63,880 bases of DNA, filler included, from Octopus bimaculoides (GCF_001194135.2; 6 parts of 6 records of this genome joined end to end with filler, not necessarily neighbours in it), one strand, 5' to 3'. Numbered from the whole stretch's first letter, positions 25,108-39,226 are shown. The notes: a model not told the origin generated them from the sequence alone. Program-made: numbers and translations.

Positions 25108-26541
25108 ATATGCATATATATATATATGTATTCTATAAAGAATCATGGGTAAGGCCAAAACAATGCGAAGTAAATGCAAAGTAAATGACAAGAAAACAAA
25201 TATGTGAATTAATGTAGACTTACCTTGTATTCAATATTTCGGGGTTATGACCCTATTTTCAAGAAATTGACGAATGTTGCCTTGCATTTACTTTGCATTA
25301 TTTTGCCCTTACCAACGATCTTTTATACAATATATTCTACAGAATGCTTCATAGTAATTATTCCATTATATATATGTACATATGTATATGTATATATACA
25401 CATATAAGTATATTTATGTATATATATACAAATATGTATACATATATATATGTGTGTATACACACACACATATATATATGGAATTGAGTCGCAAATTGTA
25501 ACTTTCCTAGCCATTGATGTAAAAGTTGTTTGTTTTTAAAGAAATAATGTGGTTCAGAGAGTTATGAATTAACGTACATATTGATTGGTATACGATTCGC
25601 CTTTTATCATGTATCATTTGTAGAAATATATTATGTATATCTATTTTCTATAGTTCTTAAGAAAACCCGAATCCATGTAATAACTATCGTCTGTCTTATT
25701 GACTCCACACCTCGTTATCCCACTTATTTTACCGCTTGTTAACATTGAAATATATGTGCGAACGCACTCTCTCTCTCTGTCTCTCTCTCTCACACACACA
25801 CACATGTATTTGTATATTGGCGTAAATTACTCTTTAGTTGCTATCGTTTATTCCAGTGCCAACTTTCTTCGAGTAGACTCATGATGAAAAACGTTCCAAC
25901 AGTGACCAATTTGCCACTTATTTTTCCAGGCATAAAATATCCTTGACAACAAGATCCAATGCTTCTGCTTGTTTTGTAAGGCGGTAGGATGTGACTTTAG
26001 GGCAATTTTAAGCAGGGTAAACGTAGAAAGTCCCAGCAAATTGAGACGTTTTTGTAACTTAAGTCATCATTCAACTCTGACGGAGTAAGCCTGTAATCAA
26101 AAGCATTCCATCCATGGCTATCCTGTCTTTTTAAGTATGAAGCAGTAGATTATTTGACGTTTTTTCCCCTAAGTACCTTCAAATCACATCCACTGGATCT
26201 TATAAAAGTAAGAAGACATTGGATATTGTAACTCCATGGGGGAAAAATGACTTATTTTCCTTTGATTATAATTCTAATCGTTCAGTGCTGATCTAGGGTT
26301 AAATTGTAACAAAAGCTGACATAAGAAACAACAAGTAAAGGAGAAAAGATATGTTCAGGTTTCTGAGTAGCTCTACATACGATAAACTATTGCGTGTCGG
26401 AATGCACAGTAGACTCCTATACTGGACAAATACATAGTGATGACCTAGGACTGTTCAACCAAAGATAAACTTGAGATAAGGAACAACCACAGCATGCAAG
26501 AAATGAAAGAAATATGATTCTCTGTGTGTGTGTGTACGTGA

Positions 26542-26583
<42 letters not shown>

Positions 26584-27785
26584 ATCTATGTCGTAGAGGA
26601 AAATAAATAAACATTTCCAATAACATTACAATATGAGTTATTGATATTGTTGCGTAGGCCAGATCAGATGTGTCACGCGAATACGTTACTCCAAAGAGAC
26701 CATACCCGTATCTAAATGATGACGATACATCACACTGCGATTGCCAGCCATGAATCTATTGGGATGTGATATTAGAATCTTGACATACTGCAATCTCTCC
26801 ATTATCCTTAAATGGTTGGTTCGTGAGTAACAATTCGAATACATGTGATTTGGAGAGAAAAATATAGTATAGGTTAGCTTTTTCTAGAATTGTTTATGAC
26901 GTTTATAGAAAGGTAATGAGTCTGTATGATGTTATTACACTTAGACTTACAATAATTACGTTGTTGTCCAGTTTCAACGTCCCACGAAAACTATTGTGTT
27001 GATATATTTAAACGTTGGTGAATGAAAGGATTTTTTACTAGGTCGCTTGGCCAGCCATATTAGCATCCAAAATTTAGTCCTTCATCTGCTCTATCATCTT
27101 AAGAAATGAATTAAAATAGCGGATACACGAAATCAATGAAATTGAATGTTAGATGTAAGGAAAAGAACTAGGTTGTGAAATCGACTTATGGGGAATATAT
27201 CCGGCGAGGTTTTGCTTGTTAATATTTTTGAGACATAAACAATTACCGTAATTTATAATGGCAGTCAGTGAAGAGTTGATGCAATTTCACAAGGAAACGA
27301 TTCTTGCAACCTAATTACCTAATTTCATTTCACGTATTAGTTTTTGTTTGTGTTATTTCATTTATACCATCAATAGCTTTCGGGAAGACATAAAAATCAA
27401 TAAAGCATAGATCACCTTCTACACTATTAAACACCCAAAAGTATACATACATACATACATACATACATACATACATACATGCATACATACATACATGCAT
27501 GCATACATACATACATACATACAAGCATGCATGTATACATACATACATACATACATACATACATGCACCCAATCACTTATTTGAAAGTACACGATAGAGC
27601 ATACTCGATGTTAACAATAGCCTCCAGATAGTTATGAAAACACGTAAAGTTTCTTCTGAGTCATCACGCACACACGCACACGTACATGCACATATGTATA
27701 TGTGTATGCATGTGATTATATGCATATGCACTTGTGTGTACATATACACATATATATATGCATATAAGCAAGCAATTTCATCTGT

Positions 27786-27817
<32 letters not shown>

Positions 27818-27836
27818 ACACATATATATATAAATA

Positions 27837-28310
27837 GGCGTAGGAGTGGCTGTGTGGTAAGTAGCTTGCTTACCAACCACATGTTTCCGGGTTCAGTCCC
27901 ACTGCGTGGCACCTTNNNNNNNNNNCTTGCTTACCAACCACATGTTTCCGGGTTCAGTCCCACTGCGTGGCACCTTGGGCATGTGTCTTCTACTATAACC
28001 TCGGGCCGACCAAAGACTTGTGAGTGGATTTGGTAGACGGAAACTGAAAGAATCCCGTCGTATATATGTATATATATGGATGTGTGTGTATGTTTGTGTT
28101 TGTATGTTTGTCCCCCCAACATCGCTTGACAACCGATGCTGGTGTGTTTACGACCCCGTAGCTTCTATCGGCAAAAGACACCGATAGAATAAGTACTAGG
28201 CTTACAGAGAATAATTCCTGTGGTCGATTTGCTCGACAAAAGGCGGTGCTCCAGCATGGCCACAGTCAAATGACTGAAACAAGTAAAAGAATAAAAGAGT
28301 AAAAGAGTAT
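27837..28310 (+). mobile_element. SINE family 2, full length (with an artefactual 51-bp duplication across a 10-N gap)
   Basis: GGCGTAGGAGTGGCTGTGTGG head, internal (TA/TG) tract and GTAAAAGAG tail; 27865-27915 equals 27926-27976. Confidence 0.9.
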
Positions 28311-28477
28311 AAGTGTGTAGGAATATCTTTTATATATATGCTGTGTGCGTGCGTGAATGTGTGAACATGTATATATATATATATATGGGAGAATATACGA
28401 AAAAACAACAACAGACGAGGACAGGTGGTGTAAATAACAAAAGGATGTATTAGTATGACGCTCGGGAATACGGAAAG

Positions 28478-28514
28478 TCTTTGACGTTTCGAGCTACGCT
28501 CTTCAACAGAAAGA
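28478..28514 (-). ncRNA. Minimal PLE-type hammerhead-like motif (A6U plus extra A)
   Basis: Minus strand reads TCTTT-CTGTTGA-A-GAGC(GTA)GCTC-GAAA-CG-TC-AAAGA, with a palindromic ACGT stem III and a GUC triplet. The core deviates from CUGANGA. Confidence 0.5.
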
Positions 28515-28538
28515 ATACGGAGACAAGGNNNNNNNNNN

Positions 28539-28610
<72 letters not shown>

Positions 28611-28761
28611 AATGATATCTGTCAGTCACTGCAATTTGAGAAGTATACTTTGACATCATAGTCATATCATGGCATACATTGGTGCTTATTACAAAATGAG
28701 GAATTGAATACTAATTTTCAAAACAAGAATATTTATTGCCTTGCAATATGTATATAGAGCG

Positions 28762-28975
28762 GCAAGGTGGCAAAATCGTTAGCACTCCGAACTAATTGCT
28801 TACCGGCATTTTGTCCGTCTTTGCGTTGTGAGTTCGAATGCCACCGTAGTCGACTTTGCCGTTCATCCTTTAAAATAAGGTCGACAAAAAAAGTACCAGT
28901 CAAGCACTGGGGTCGATGTAATGAACCTAACCCCTGTTCTGAAATTGCTGGCATTGGTCCTAAATTTGAAACCAA
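28762..28975 (+). mobile_element. SINE family 1, diverged, tail type A
   Basis: GGTGGCAAAATCGTTAGCAC head; TAAGGTCGAC..AAGTACCAG..CACTGGGGTCGAT core. Confidence 0.8.
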
Positions 28976-29776
28976 TACATACGCGTATCTGTGCGCATGA
29001 GCGTGGTTATGCGTAGGTGTGTGAATATGTGTCTATACAGTTATATCTCTGTGAGTATGTGCATACGTGTGTATCCTTATATATTTATGCGTGTCTATAT
29101 TTGTAGACACACACATTCACATTTCTGAATGCATTTGCATTTACGTTCACTTTATCTAATTCGAACATATTTCTTTTTTCTTTTCGTATTAGAAAAGAAC
29201 ACACTTTTATTTATGTTTATTCGTCTCTATAAAACTTCTCATTGTTTTACACTTCGAACTATTTGAATACCTTTTCATTTGACCATTCTCAATTATCAAG
29301 TCATTTTCATTATTTAATAAATAACTTTTCAAAAATGATAAGCTTTAATTTTTTGCATTGTAAGTGTATATTGGATTATCTTCCCTACTTTCTCTTTCTC
29401 TTGTATCTATCACGTTTTACCTATGCTCTCTATTTTCTCACGACCTTTTACTACCGCTTTGTTCCATAACGTTTATTTCTACTATATATTTTATGCTTTA
29501 TTATACTGTTCTGAAATGTTGCGCTTTCAGTTATCTCCGTTTCTCTCTTTTTCTAACTACTTCGTCATTTATCCACTTTCCTCCTCTCCTCTTTAGGATT
29601 CTTTCTGGCTCAATGCATAGTGGTCTTTATGCATTATTTACCACCAAGTCAAGTATGTGCACTCATCCTGCACCTCTTACGTCAATTCTCTCTATATCTC
29701 TCTTTTACTTACTCTCTCTCTCTCTCACACACAGAGTGAAGAAAGGAGGCAACTAGTCAACATTTGTATCGGCTAT

Positions 29777-29816
<40 letters not shown>

Positions 29817-30779
29817 TNNNNNNNNNNNNNNNNNNNNNNNNNNNNNNNNNNNNNNNNNNNNNNNNNNNNNNNNNNNNNNNNNNNNNNNNNNNNNNNNNNN
29901 NNNNNNNNNNNNNNNNNNNNNNNNNNNNNNNNNNNNNNNNNNNNNNNNNNNNNNNNNNNNNNNNNNNNNNNNNNNNNNNNNNNNNNNNNNNNNNNNNNNN
30001 NNNNNNNNNNNNNNNNNNNNNNNNNNNNNNNNNNNNNNNNNNNNNNNNNNNNNNNNNNNNNNNNNNNNNNNNNNNNNNNNNNNNNNNNNNNNNNNNNNNN
30101 NNNNNNNNNNNNNNNNNNNNNNNNNNNNNNNNNNNNNNNNNNNNNNNNNNNNNNNNNNNNNNNNNNNNNNNNNNNNNNNNNNNNNNNNNNNNNNNNNNNN
30201 NNNNNNNNNNNNNNNNNNNNNNNNNNNNNNNNNNNNNNNNNNNNNNNNNNNNNNNNNNNNNNNNNNNNNNNNNNNNNNNNNNNNNNNNNNNNNNNNNNNN
30301 NNNNNNNNNNNNNNNNNNNNNNNNNNNNNNNNNNNNNNNNNNNNNNNNNNNNNNNNNNNNNNNNNNNNNNNNNNNNNNNNNNNNNNNNNNNNNNNNNNNN
30401 NNNNNNNNNNNNNNNNNNNNNNNNNNNNNNNNNNNNNNNNNNNNNNNNNNNNNNNNNNNNNNNNNNNNNNNNNNNNNNNNNNNNNNNNNNNNNNNNNNNN
30501 NNNNNNNNNNNNNNNNNNNNNNNNNNNNNNNNNNNNNNNNNNNNNNNNNNNNNNNNNNNNNNNNNNNNNNNNNNNNNNNNNNNNNNNNNNNNNNNNNNNN
30601 NNNNNNNNNNNNNNNNNNNNNNNNNNNNNNNNNNNNNNNNNNNNNNNNNNNNNNNNNNNNNNNNNNNNNNNNNNNNNNNNATGGAATACGTGTATAGAGA
30701 GAAAGAAAGAGGGAGAGTGAGTAAGTGAGAAAGAGAGTGATAGAGAGGAAGATCGATAACTATAAATTCACACAATTTG

Positions 30780-31900
30780 TCATCATTAAATTATCCTACT
30801 ATTGAAATCCTTTTAATGCCAGCCTTATAATTAGGCCGCAGATAGGCTACCGTTACAGATTTGGATATAGCTGTCATCAATTTTGCTAGAAAACTCTCCT
30901 ATTTTTTGATGATATCTTTTGAGTAAAGTTGAATAGATTAGGTTTCCAATGTCCCCATGGGCTGCTTTTATGGAGCTGAACTCTGCAATCTAATAGTTTT
31001 ATTTAATTTAGACGACCTACTATTCATATATGACTTTATAGAATTATCTTGAAAGTGGTGTGATGATCTGATCTTATTGACCGTAATAAGAATGGCAAGA
31101 CGTAGGAATAATTTGAGTTATACCTAAAAATATTTTTTACCTTAGATTACTATAAGTGCCAATAGAAATATAGTCAATCTGGCCTCAGGCATTTACAGCC
31201 ACTATAGAAAACCAAACGAAATTATATGTCACAAAAACTCTACTCGTTCGCCTACCATGCAGAATGATCTAACAAGAAACATGAGTAAGACAACTTTAAG
31301 AATATCTTCTCATAAAGACAGAAATTGCTTCACAAATAAAATCGAGTACATTCCACTGCACAGAGTCCCTAATGCTAGCAACACCAGAAGGAAACTTATT
31401 GGTATAAACTTCTCTTCGGTTTGAATGTCAGACTTAACATTACCCGATATTTTAAAAATTTAGTTAGTAAGTACTTACATGTGCCATACTTGGCATAATA
31501 TTGTTAATAGTTATAACCATAAAGTATTATACTGCTGCACGGATAATTTAGCCTCTTTATTAGTTAAGATTAACAAGAAGAACTTAGTCCCTTCCCTCAC
31601 ACATGACTCCTCATCTCAGTTCAATTGTCTTAATAAAAGTAAATGTTTTGAACAGTCCTCTAAGGTAGGTCAACAGTTCAATGAAGACTAGGGAAAAAAA
31701 TATGGCTCAACCTCGTATATAGCGAATTGTAGTAAAACTTAAGTATACAAGTGTATAAGTATAAAAATTAAGTAAGAAGAATATATTAAATAGGTGCTCT
31801 ACAGGGCACAAATAAAGTGGCACTGATTGTTAGGCGAATGATATTTAAGGACAAGTCACATGCTAAAATAATATCAAGCCTACAAAAGCATTACATAAAC
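30780..31900 (+). mobile_element. Degenerate Penelope-like element of a second lineage (Naiad/Chlamys-like RT motifs)
   Basis: NVPMGCFYGAELCNLI (30948-30995, cf. DVTMGSFDGAEVCELV), HYRKPNEIICHKNSTRSPT (~31200-31256, cf. YRKPN...HK.SNHPP) and KKIWLNLVYS (~31696-31725, cf. IIWFNPPYS); many stops. Confidence 0.62.
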
Positions 31901-32111
31901 ATAAAAGTAAATAATTTCTGTTATTATAACCTCCACAAGAACTATAGAGACACTAATGGGTACAATAGATGGGTACAATTAATGCCAAAACCACCGGCCG
32001 GTTAATCCTATGAGAAAAGTAACCTTAAGATAAGCATTTTACTTCTTTCTTTAATACCCTGACCTCGCGCCTAACTGCACCCTCTCGTTAATAACTTGTA
32101 GTATTCCTTAG

Positions 32112-32153
<42 letters not shown>

Positions 32154-33641
32154 CACACGTGCGTGTGTGTAAAGAGAGCGAGAGAATTCGATGTGCACTT
32201 CTATCCCTCTTCCCTCATAACTTCCTGAAAATGCAATTTTTTTAATGAAATTTTCCCGAGAAAGGATTTCGATTATGTAGATTAGAATCATGGTCATCAA
32301 ATTAAAAAAAAATTTCTTTGCACAGACTGAGAACATTCACCTGCTCAATCCAATTTTGCTTCCTCATAACTCTTTAAAATAAATAACNNNNNNNNNNNNN
32401 NNNNNNNNNNNNNNNNNNNNNNNNNNNNNNNNNNNNNNNNNNNNNNNNNNNNNNNNNNNNNNNNNNNNNNNNNNNNNNNNNNNNNNNNNNNNNNNNNNNN
32501 NNNNNNNNNNNNNNNNNNNNNNNNNNNNNNNNNNNNNNNNNNNNNNNNNNNNNNNNNNNNNNNNNNNNNNNNNNNNNNNNNNNNNNNNNNNNNNNNNNNN
32601 NNNNNNNNNNNNNNNNNNNNNNNNNNNNNNNNNNNNNNNNNNNNNNNNNNNNNNNNNNNNNNNNNNNNNNNNNNNNNNNNNNNNNNNNNNNNNNNNNNNN
32701 NNNNNNNNNNNNNNNNNNNNNNNNNNNNNNNNNNNNNNNNNNNNNNNNNNNNNNNNNNNNNNNNNNNNNNNNNNNNNNNNNNNNNNNNNNNNNNNNNNNN
32801 NNNNNNNNNNNNNNNNNNNNNNNNNNNNNNNNNNNNNNNNNNNNNNNNNNNNNNNNNNNNNNNNNNNNNNNNNNNNNNNNNNNNNNNNNNNNNNNNNNNN
32901 NNNNNNNNNNNNNNNNNNNNNNNNNNNNNNNNNNNNNNNNNNNNNNNNNNNNNNNNNNNNNNNNNNNNNNNNNNNNNNNNNNNNNNNNNNNNNNNNNNNN
33001 NNNNNNNNNNNNNNNAGCTTAGAGCTTGGAAACGAACGTTTGCAAGAATAAATGAATTAAAAAATATTAAATAAAGAAATAAAATATTTAAGCAGTTATA
33101 CAAATTTTAAAAAATTATGAGGTAATAAAACCGGTGGTAGAGAACAATACCGTACAAACACACACATGCACGTAATATTAAATTATTTTCATTCTTTTGA
33201 CGAAAAAAAAAAACATTTAAAAAAAACAACTGACAATGTTTTGTTAATGATTGTCATAGCAAAACACTCAGTCAGAGAAAAACAGAAGTTATATCGATGT
33301 GTGTGTGTGTGTGTGTGTTTGTATGAACTTTCTGATTTTTTTTCTACTATAATCGTTTCTTTTTGAGCATAAAAATTATTTATCGCAGAATTTACGACAA
33401 AAATTTGCAGTTTCATTTTGATCAAAATTCCTGCAACTCCAGTCATTACAAAAATTCTTACTACAACACAGTAATGATAATTTTTTCAAATTTCCTTCAT
33501 CTATGTTCAACGTTCCCGACTGTTATACGCACGCTTCCTTTCCATTTATCGTTTCAGTTTCCCTCTACCATAGTGACTTTGAGCAAGAAGCACATTTTGT
33601 ACATTATTTACATTATTTACATTTGACGGATATTTGTCCAC

Positions 33642-33775
33642 GGGCATATGGCGTAGTGGTTAAGAGTGCGGGCTACTAACCCCAATATTCCGAGTTCGAT
33701 TTCAAGCAGTGACCTGGATAATAATAATAATAATAATAATAATAACGATAACAACAACAACATCGAAAAATACCT
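33642..33775 (+). mobile_element. tRNA-derived SINE head followed by (AAT)n
   Basis: A box TGGCGTAGTGG and B box GAGTTCGATT; does not close a proper acceptor stem, so not a tRNA gene. Confidence 0.65.
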
Positions 33776-33875
33776 NNNNNNNNNNNNNNNNNNNNNNNNN
33801 NNNNNNNNNNNNNNNNNNNTTAATTAATTAANNNNNNNNNNNNNNNNNNNNNNNNNNNNNNNNNNNNNNNNNNNN
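33776..33875. other. Artificial scaffold linker N44-TTAATTAATTAA-N44
   Basis: Identical to the linker at 24681-24780. Confidence 0.95.
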
Positions 33876-33926
<51 letters not shown>

Positions 33927-35999
33927 TGAGTTTCGGTGTGTTTGTATGCGTATGCATCATCCATGCAGAATATGAGATATACACACATAAGGCATGCACA
34001 TACACATGTATATGAATGTACATGCATAAAGGTCGGTATACTCATGAATACATGAATAAATGCATACATAAATATAGACGAATATATGTATGCATTATTT
34101 CTGTTTGTCTAAGCATTTTCAGCATCATGTTGAAAGAACCTTATCTTCATAGCATACCCACTTTGGTTTATTGTCACCGAACGGTTGAAATTGTTGTTTT
34201 CATTTTCACTCAAACGAAGAAGTAATATTTTATAGCATTGAATTCTTTCAGTCATTTTATTTCAGATATTATCCTTTGAAGATGGCTGCCAGCAATATCT
34301 TAGTGATGTACCTTTCTTTTACAACTGGAACAACAAGACAACGTAAATATCGCTCAGACGATATCCAATGGCATTAATCAAAATTTTTTTTCAGGTTGTG
34401 CATTCTTTCAAAGAGTTTGTCAATCACTCATTTACTGACCATTTCACCTACTTCAATGTTGAAATATATATGAAAATAATACACCAACTCGATACCAATA
34501 TTTCTTGTGAATCTATTTATCACAGCAACATTATCTTGTACGTTAATAAAGCTTGAAGACATGTATTAACTATGAAAGCGTGATCTATCATTTGCCTGTC
34601 GCATTAATACTGAAATGCAAAGAATATTCTTCTTACTTCAAAATATTTGCAGAGTAAAATTTTTTCATAGATAGCTTAAGATTTTTATGCACAACGTAAC
34701 CGTGCATAGATATTGATTATTGAACAGGCATTCTTCTTAGAAATAAACACCGGGAAGCCTTTTATAAAAATATTCAAACATCAGTCTACCAATATCTATA
34801 CGTTGTTTTCTACTATTTTCTACTGGCGACTACAATCAGCACAGCGATTTTCTACCAAACGTTATACCGCCGAATTATCAATGAAACTATTTCTACCATG
34901 GAATTATTTTCAATTAATGATCCGATTCGTAATTCAATTGATTGCCATTCACAACCTTTCCTCCCATCTGCATTCTGTTTTACAGTAATGATCACTCAAC
35001 GACTTTAGACCAATGATTAACCAAAACTTTCTGTTAATGACTGTCTGAATTATTTATCATTTAACATAGCTCTATCTGAGCACAAACGATAGTACGAACA
35101 TCACCAACCATTACCTACTAAAACGCAAGCTACACATTTTATCCGTCTCTGAAAGGTGCTCTCAACTTGATATCAGAAACAAAATTTCTCGTATTTCAAA
35201 CTTAGAACTTGACTTACCAATTCATTTAAGTTCATCTCTTGTTACTACCGCTCTCTCAACCAGCAAATGTTTTCTGTACTAAATTTACATCTTGAAATAT
35301 AAAATAATTCATCTCTAGAGAATTAAAGTTGAATTGGTTAAAACAAGAGCAAAATTATCTATTATTTATTTGAAGACCAAATTGCGTATTTATCTAGTTA
35401 TTTAGAAAATTTCAATGATAGCTGTAGTTACATCAATGTTTGAAAGGTGTATGGCAGCCATTCGAATTCAAATGTTTCAGTCATAGAAAAATTATCAGCA
35501 TTTGTAGAAATCACTCGTAGTTATTGATAGCGTGTGTATACCAATTGATAAGTTATTCAATCAACTAATCATTTATAGAAACTTTTGGTAACATACTGGT
35601 CGAAAGTCAGAAATTATTGCTGTATAAATGAGGGCACATCGAACGAATTAGGAATCGGATAATTAGTTAGAAATAATTCTGAAACAAGTGAATATAAAGA
35701 TCTAATTTTCTGAAAAATATGTGACAGTGAAGAAAGAAATTGTTGCTGACTAAGTACTTTTGATCACAGATTGATGAATCAGGGTTAGGTATGGTCACAT
35801 GAGAACAAGAACAATAAGACCAATAACAATTTAACAACTTATTCTTGACCAGAGTTATCTCTCGCACGAGCCAAAACGCCTAAATTAGTCATTGATCAAA
35901 TGTCATTTTCTTTCTGCATAAGTTTTTCTAATTAGATTTGAAATAGTTCTTGCATTTGTATGCAATGGTAATTTTAATGGGTAATAATTTTAATGTTAT

Positions 36000-38900
36000 C
36001 AGTGAAATCAAACTCTCCGACCGACGAACTTTCATGCCCATTTCCGGTGGATACAAGATTTACTTGTCAATCGGGAATGGTGAGGATGGAACAGTGGTGT
36101 TGTGATGGAGACGTCTGGATCTGAAGATAAGGAACCCAGAAGGTAAGTCGTTAGTCCTCGCTGTGATCATTAGTGACGTGTGTGCCTTCAGACTGGTGGC
36201 TGCTCTGACGGGCAATACAGCCAGATTACTTTAGACGTCTGGAGGTTTTCCTGGGAAGTTTTCAACTTTTAGTGCTGAGAGACTGGAAAGACATCTTGGA
36301 GGCACATTTGGATTGTGTGGGGCTACCTGTTCGAAGAGATGGATGTAAAAGCCTCGCAGACCTGCTCAAACATTTTTCAACTGCCTGACAGGTACCGACT
36401 GGATTTCTCAAATGTGCCAGTGCCATGAACGAACCGCATCGGGTCATATAAGTGGTATCCAGATAGAATATTCTTTGGCCGGAATATAATCGTAGTAGTT
36501 GATAGAAGTTGTCCACTTTTTTTAAATCGTCGGCTACTCCAACCACAACTTTTGATCTACACGGTCAACTTCAATAGATTTTATAGGCATGGACCCGACT
36601 ACTGGGATCTGAACGCGTCACTCCCGGTTGGCCAAGCTTACATAGACAGGATTGGAGAATGAGTTAAGCGGATGTTGACGGGTCAATCGTCAACATCAAG
36701 TGATTTTTTCCCTGAAAAGGGCATTTAGAGAAGAATCGATTGTGTTTAGTAAGGCATTAGCGATAGAAAGGAATAGAATAGAAATAGAGAGAAACTTAGG
36801 AACTTAGAAGAAGCGCTTAAGAAAAACATCGCAACCTAAGAGATGGTGGTGAGATTGGCTCTGAACTAATTCTTCAACGCTAAGCACGGAGGATGTATTG
36901 TCAGAGCTAAGGTGCTTGCTCTAAGAAACGAGGAAAACAAAGCTTCTCAATGAGCCCAAGTGACTGAAGCGCGACGAGACAACAAAGTCACACTTCGGTC
37001 TTTGGTGGACCAAAATAGGTGCACAGTACTCGAGCTCGAGCAGATGTGTGTGGCATTTGAGCAGCTCTTTGCCCAAATGTTTGGAACGAATGGCAGGCCG
37101 GAACGCACGATGGACTTCAGTGCTTACCTCGACAGCGTGCCACAACTCTCAGCAAAGGAGGCGAAGCGTTGTGAAATGCCGATAATAGCCGCGAAAATAT
37201 GGTATGTACTGATGGACTGCACAGAGGAGAAATCACCTGGTTTGAATGTTCTGCTCTGTGAGCTTTACTTTTATATGCCAAACTTGCTTGGCAGCCTTTT
37301 AGCAGACATCTACCGTAACAGGTAGCAGAACGGGATAATTCCTAGTTCTGTGAGTCGAGGAACGGTGTCATTGCGGAAGAAGGACTCAAACAAAGGGGGG
37401 TCAAACAGAAAACTTTCAGCCCATAACGCTGCTGAACGCAGATTTCAAAATTTTGGCCAAAGTGTTAACAAAGAGGTTGGCGCTTGGTGATACGCAAAAA
37501 TGCTAAATGGCCACCAGATCCATCCACATCAACCCTCTAGCCAGAGTGGGTAAAATAACTGGCACGTGTGGGACCCTGATCAATTTGGATCAATCGAAAG
37601 CCTTCGATAAGGTCGACTACCAATACTTGGCGATCGCTCTCACGGCGGCCGGTTTCAATCTCGTTTCCGTGACTGGATCATTGCAATTACAACGATATCT
37701 GCTCGGTGGTTTGAGTCAATGGTTACCTATTGGAACAATTCAGCATCATACGCTTCGTCCGTCAAGTGTGTCCCCGTCTTTTTTGTATGTATTGTCTCTA
37801 GAGCCTCTACTGCGGAAACTGGAGGCGATGAAAGAACCGGGACGGCATACGCAGGAGCGAAAATTAACCTGGACAGAAAGGAGCAATTAAATTGCTCGGA
37901 GTCTCCTTTGGTCAGGATATCCAGGTGTAGAAGAACTGGGACGTGGTGAAGAGAAGGATGGGCAGTCCCACACAGAAAATGGGCCGCGAAAAGCTATCCC
38001 TGAAAAATCGGGCAAATATAACGAATGCTTACATTATATATTACCGCCCGCCCGTCGTACTTCGTCCCAACTTACGTCTGACCAAATTGGAGCGCATATA
38101 CTTCAGCTTTATGCTGAAGGCCAGGTACTCCCTTTGTTGTCAACATTCGCTGAAGTGAGGGCTGGGCATGCCGATGCACAGGCATGCGCTGAAGCTATGA
38201 CATCTCCAGTACTTGTTTGATCAGCAGGTGTGGTTGCCGTTCTTCAGACAGTATTTTCTAAAACTCGTCTCTTTGACAAAGCTGCAGTCCTGGAACAAGC
38301 GAAAACCGAAGCAGGGCGCCTGTATATCAGGTGTCGTCAGGCATTCGCAATCCTCTGTCAGTAGGGCAATGGAGTAGGTGGAAGTTCCACTCTGGAGTTC
38401 TTTAGAGGATTAGTGATGGCCAAACTGAGAGAATCAACTGTTCCGGAGGACTTTTGAGCCGGGACCCATGGATAATTTCCTGAAATCTTTGGCCTGGTAG
38501 TGCTACACTCTACAGGAATGGAAGTGCCGTCTGATACACTCTACAGACCGACGAGGCTATTCTGCATGCTCTCGTTCAGTACTTGAGCATTGCTAATTTC
38601 TGAGTTTAAGTCGAAAACCTGTTATGTGTTTTAACCTGGAAGGGAGGGCAGTTTCTGTTTGTTTGCTGGCCGTCGCAAAAGAGGTTGTGTGGTAGACAAG
38701 ATTGAAAAGGCTGAAGAAGATACTTTCCTCTCTGGCCTAGCCCTCATCAACTTTTTCCAGTTTCATTTGAAAAGGAAAATGAAGTTAGGGAGGTAAGTGC
38801 TGCTTCCTAGCAATTTTGTTAAAAGATGAGTGTATATTGCAAGGATGGTCCGAGTGAACGGGTCTACTCTAAGCATGTATCTGTAGGCTGAAGGAGAACG

Positions 38901-39130
38901 ATCTGGAGAGGGTACTTGCTCTAGTCGTCGGGGTGGCGCTTACTTTGTGGGATCTCCACAAGCAGCCCTATTAAGTCTTCCTCTTTTGGAGAATTATTCA
39001 TTGTTATCATTTTATTTTGTTACGTTTTTTTTTTTACTTTTTGAACCCCCCTTTATGTAACCCCACTTTGTATTATCCAGTACTGTCCCCAAATTTCTCT
39101 TTTTTGCGAACACTTGGTGGTTAACAAAGA
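36000..39130 (+). mobile_element. Degenerate L1/Tx1-like LINE ORF2 (APE endonuclease, RT and C-terminal region)
   Basis: EKSPGLNVLLCELY (~37226-37266), QPITLLNADFKILAKVL (~37418-37468), INLDQSKAFDKVD (ORF 37507-37890), SP..LYVLSLEPLL, and Tx1-type C-terminal AVAKEVVW..RLK; frameshifts and stops throughout. Confidence 0.85.
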
Positions 39131-39134
39131 AAAC

Positions 39135-39159
39135 ATTATTATCATTATTATTTTAAAAA

Positions 39160-39225
<66 letters not shown>
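39135..39225. repeat. (TTA)n microsatellite (3' flank of the Dong-like LINE)
   Basis: Direct tandem repeat. Confidence 0.95.

Positions 39226-39226
<1 letters not shown>

Noticed and set aside
27865-27976. 51-bp direct repeat around 10 Ns
   Set aside because: Typical unmerged contig overlap inside one SINE, not a biological duplication.
33642-33716. Possible tRNA gene
   Set aside because: It has A and B boxes but no closing acceptor stem, and it runs into a simple-repeat tail; it is a SINE head. The same applies to the family 3 heads.
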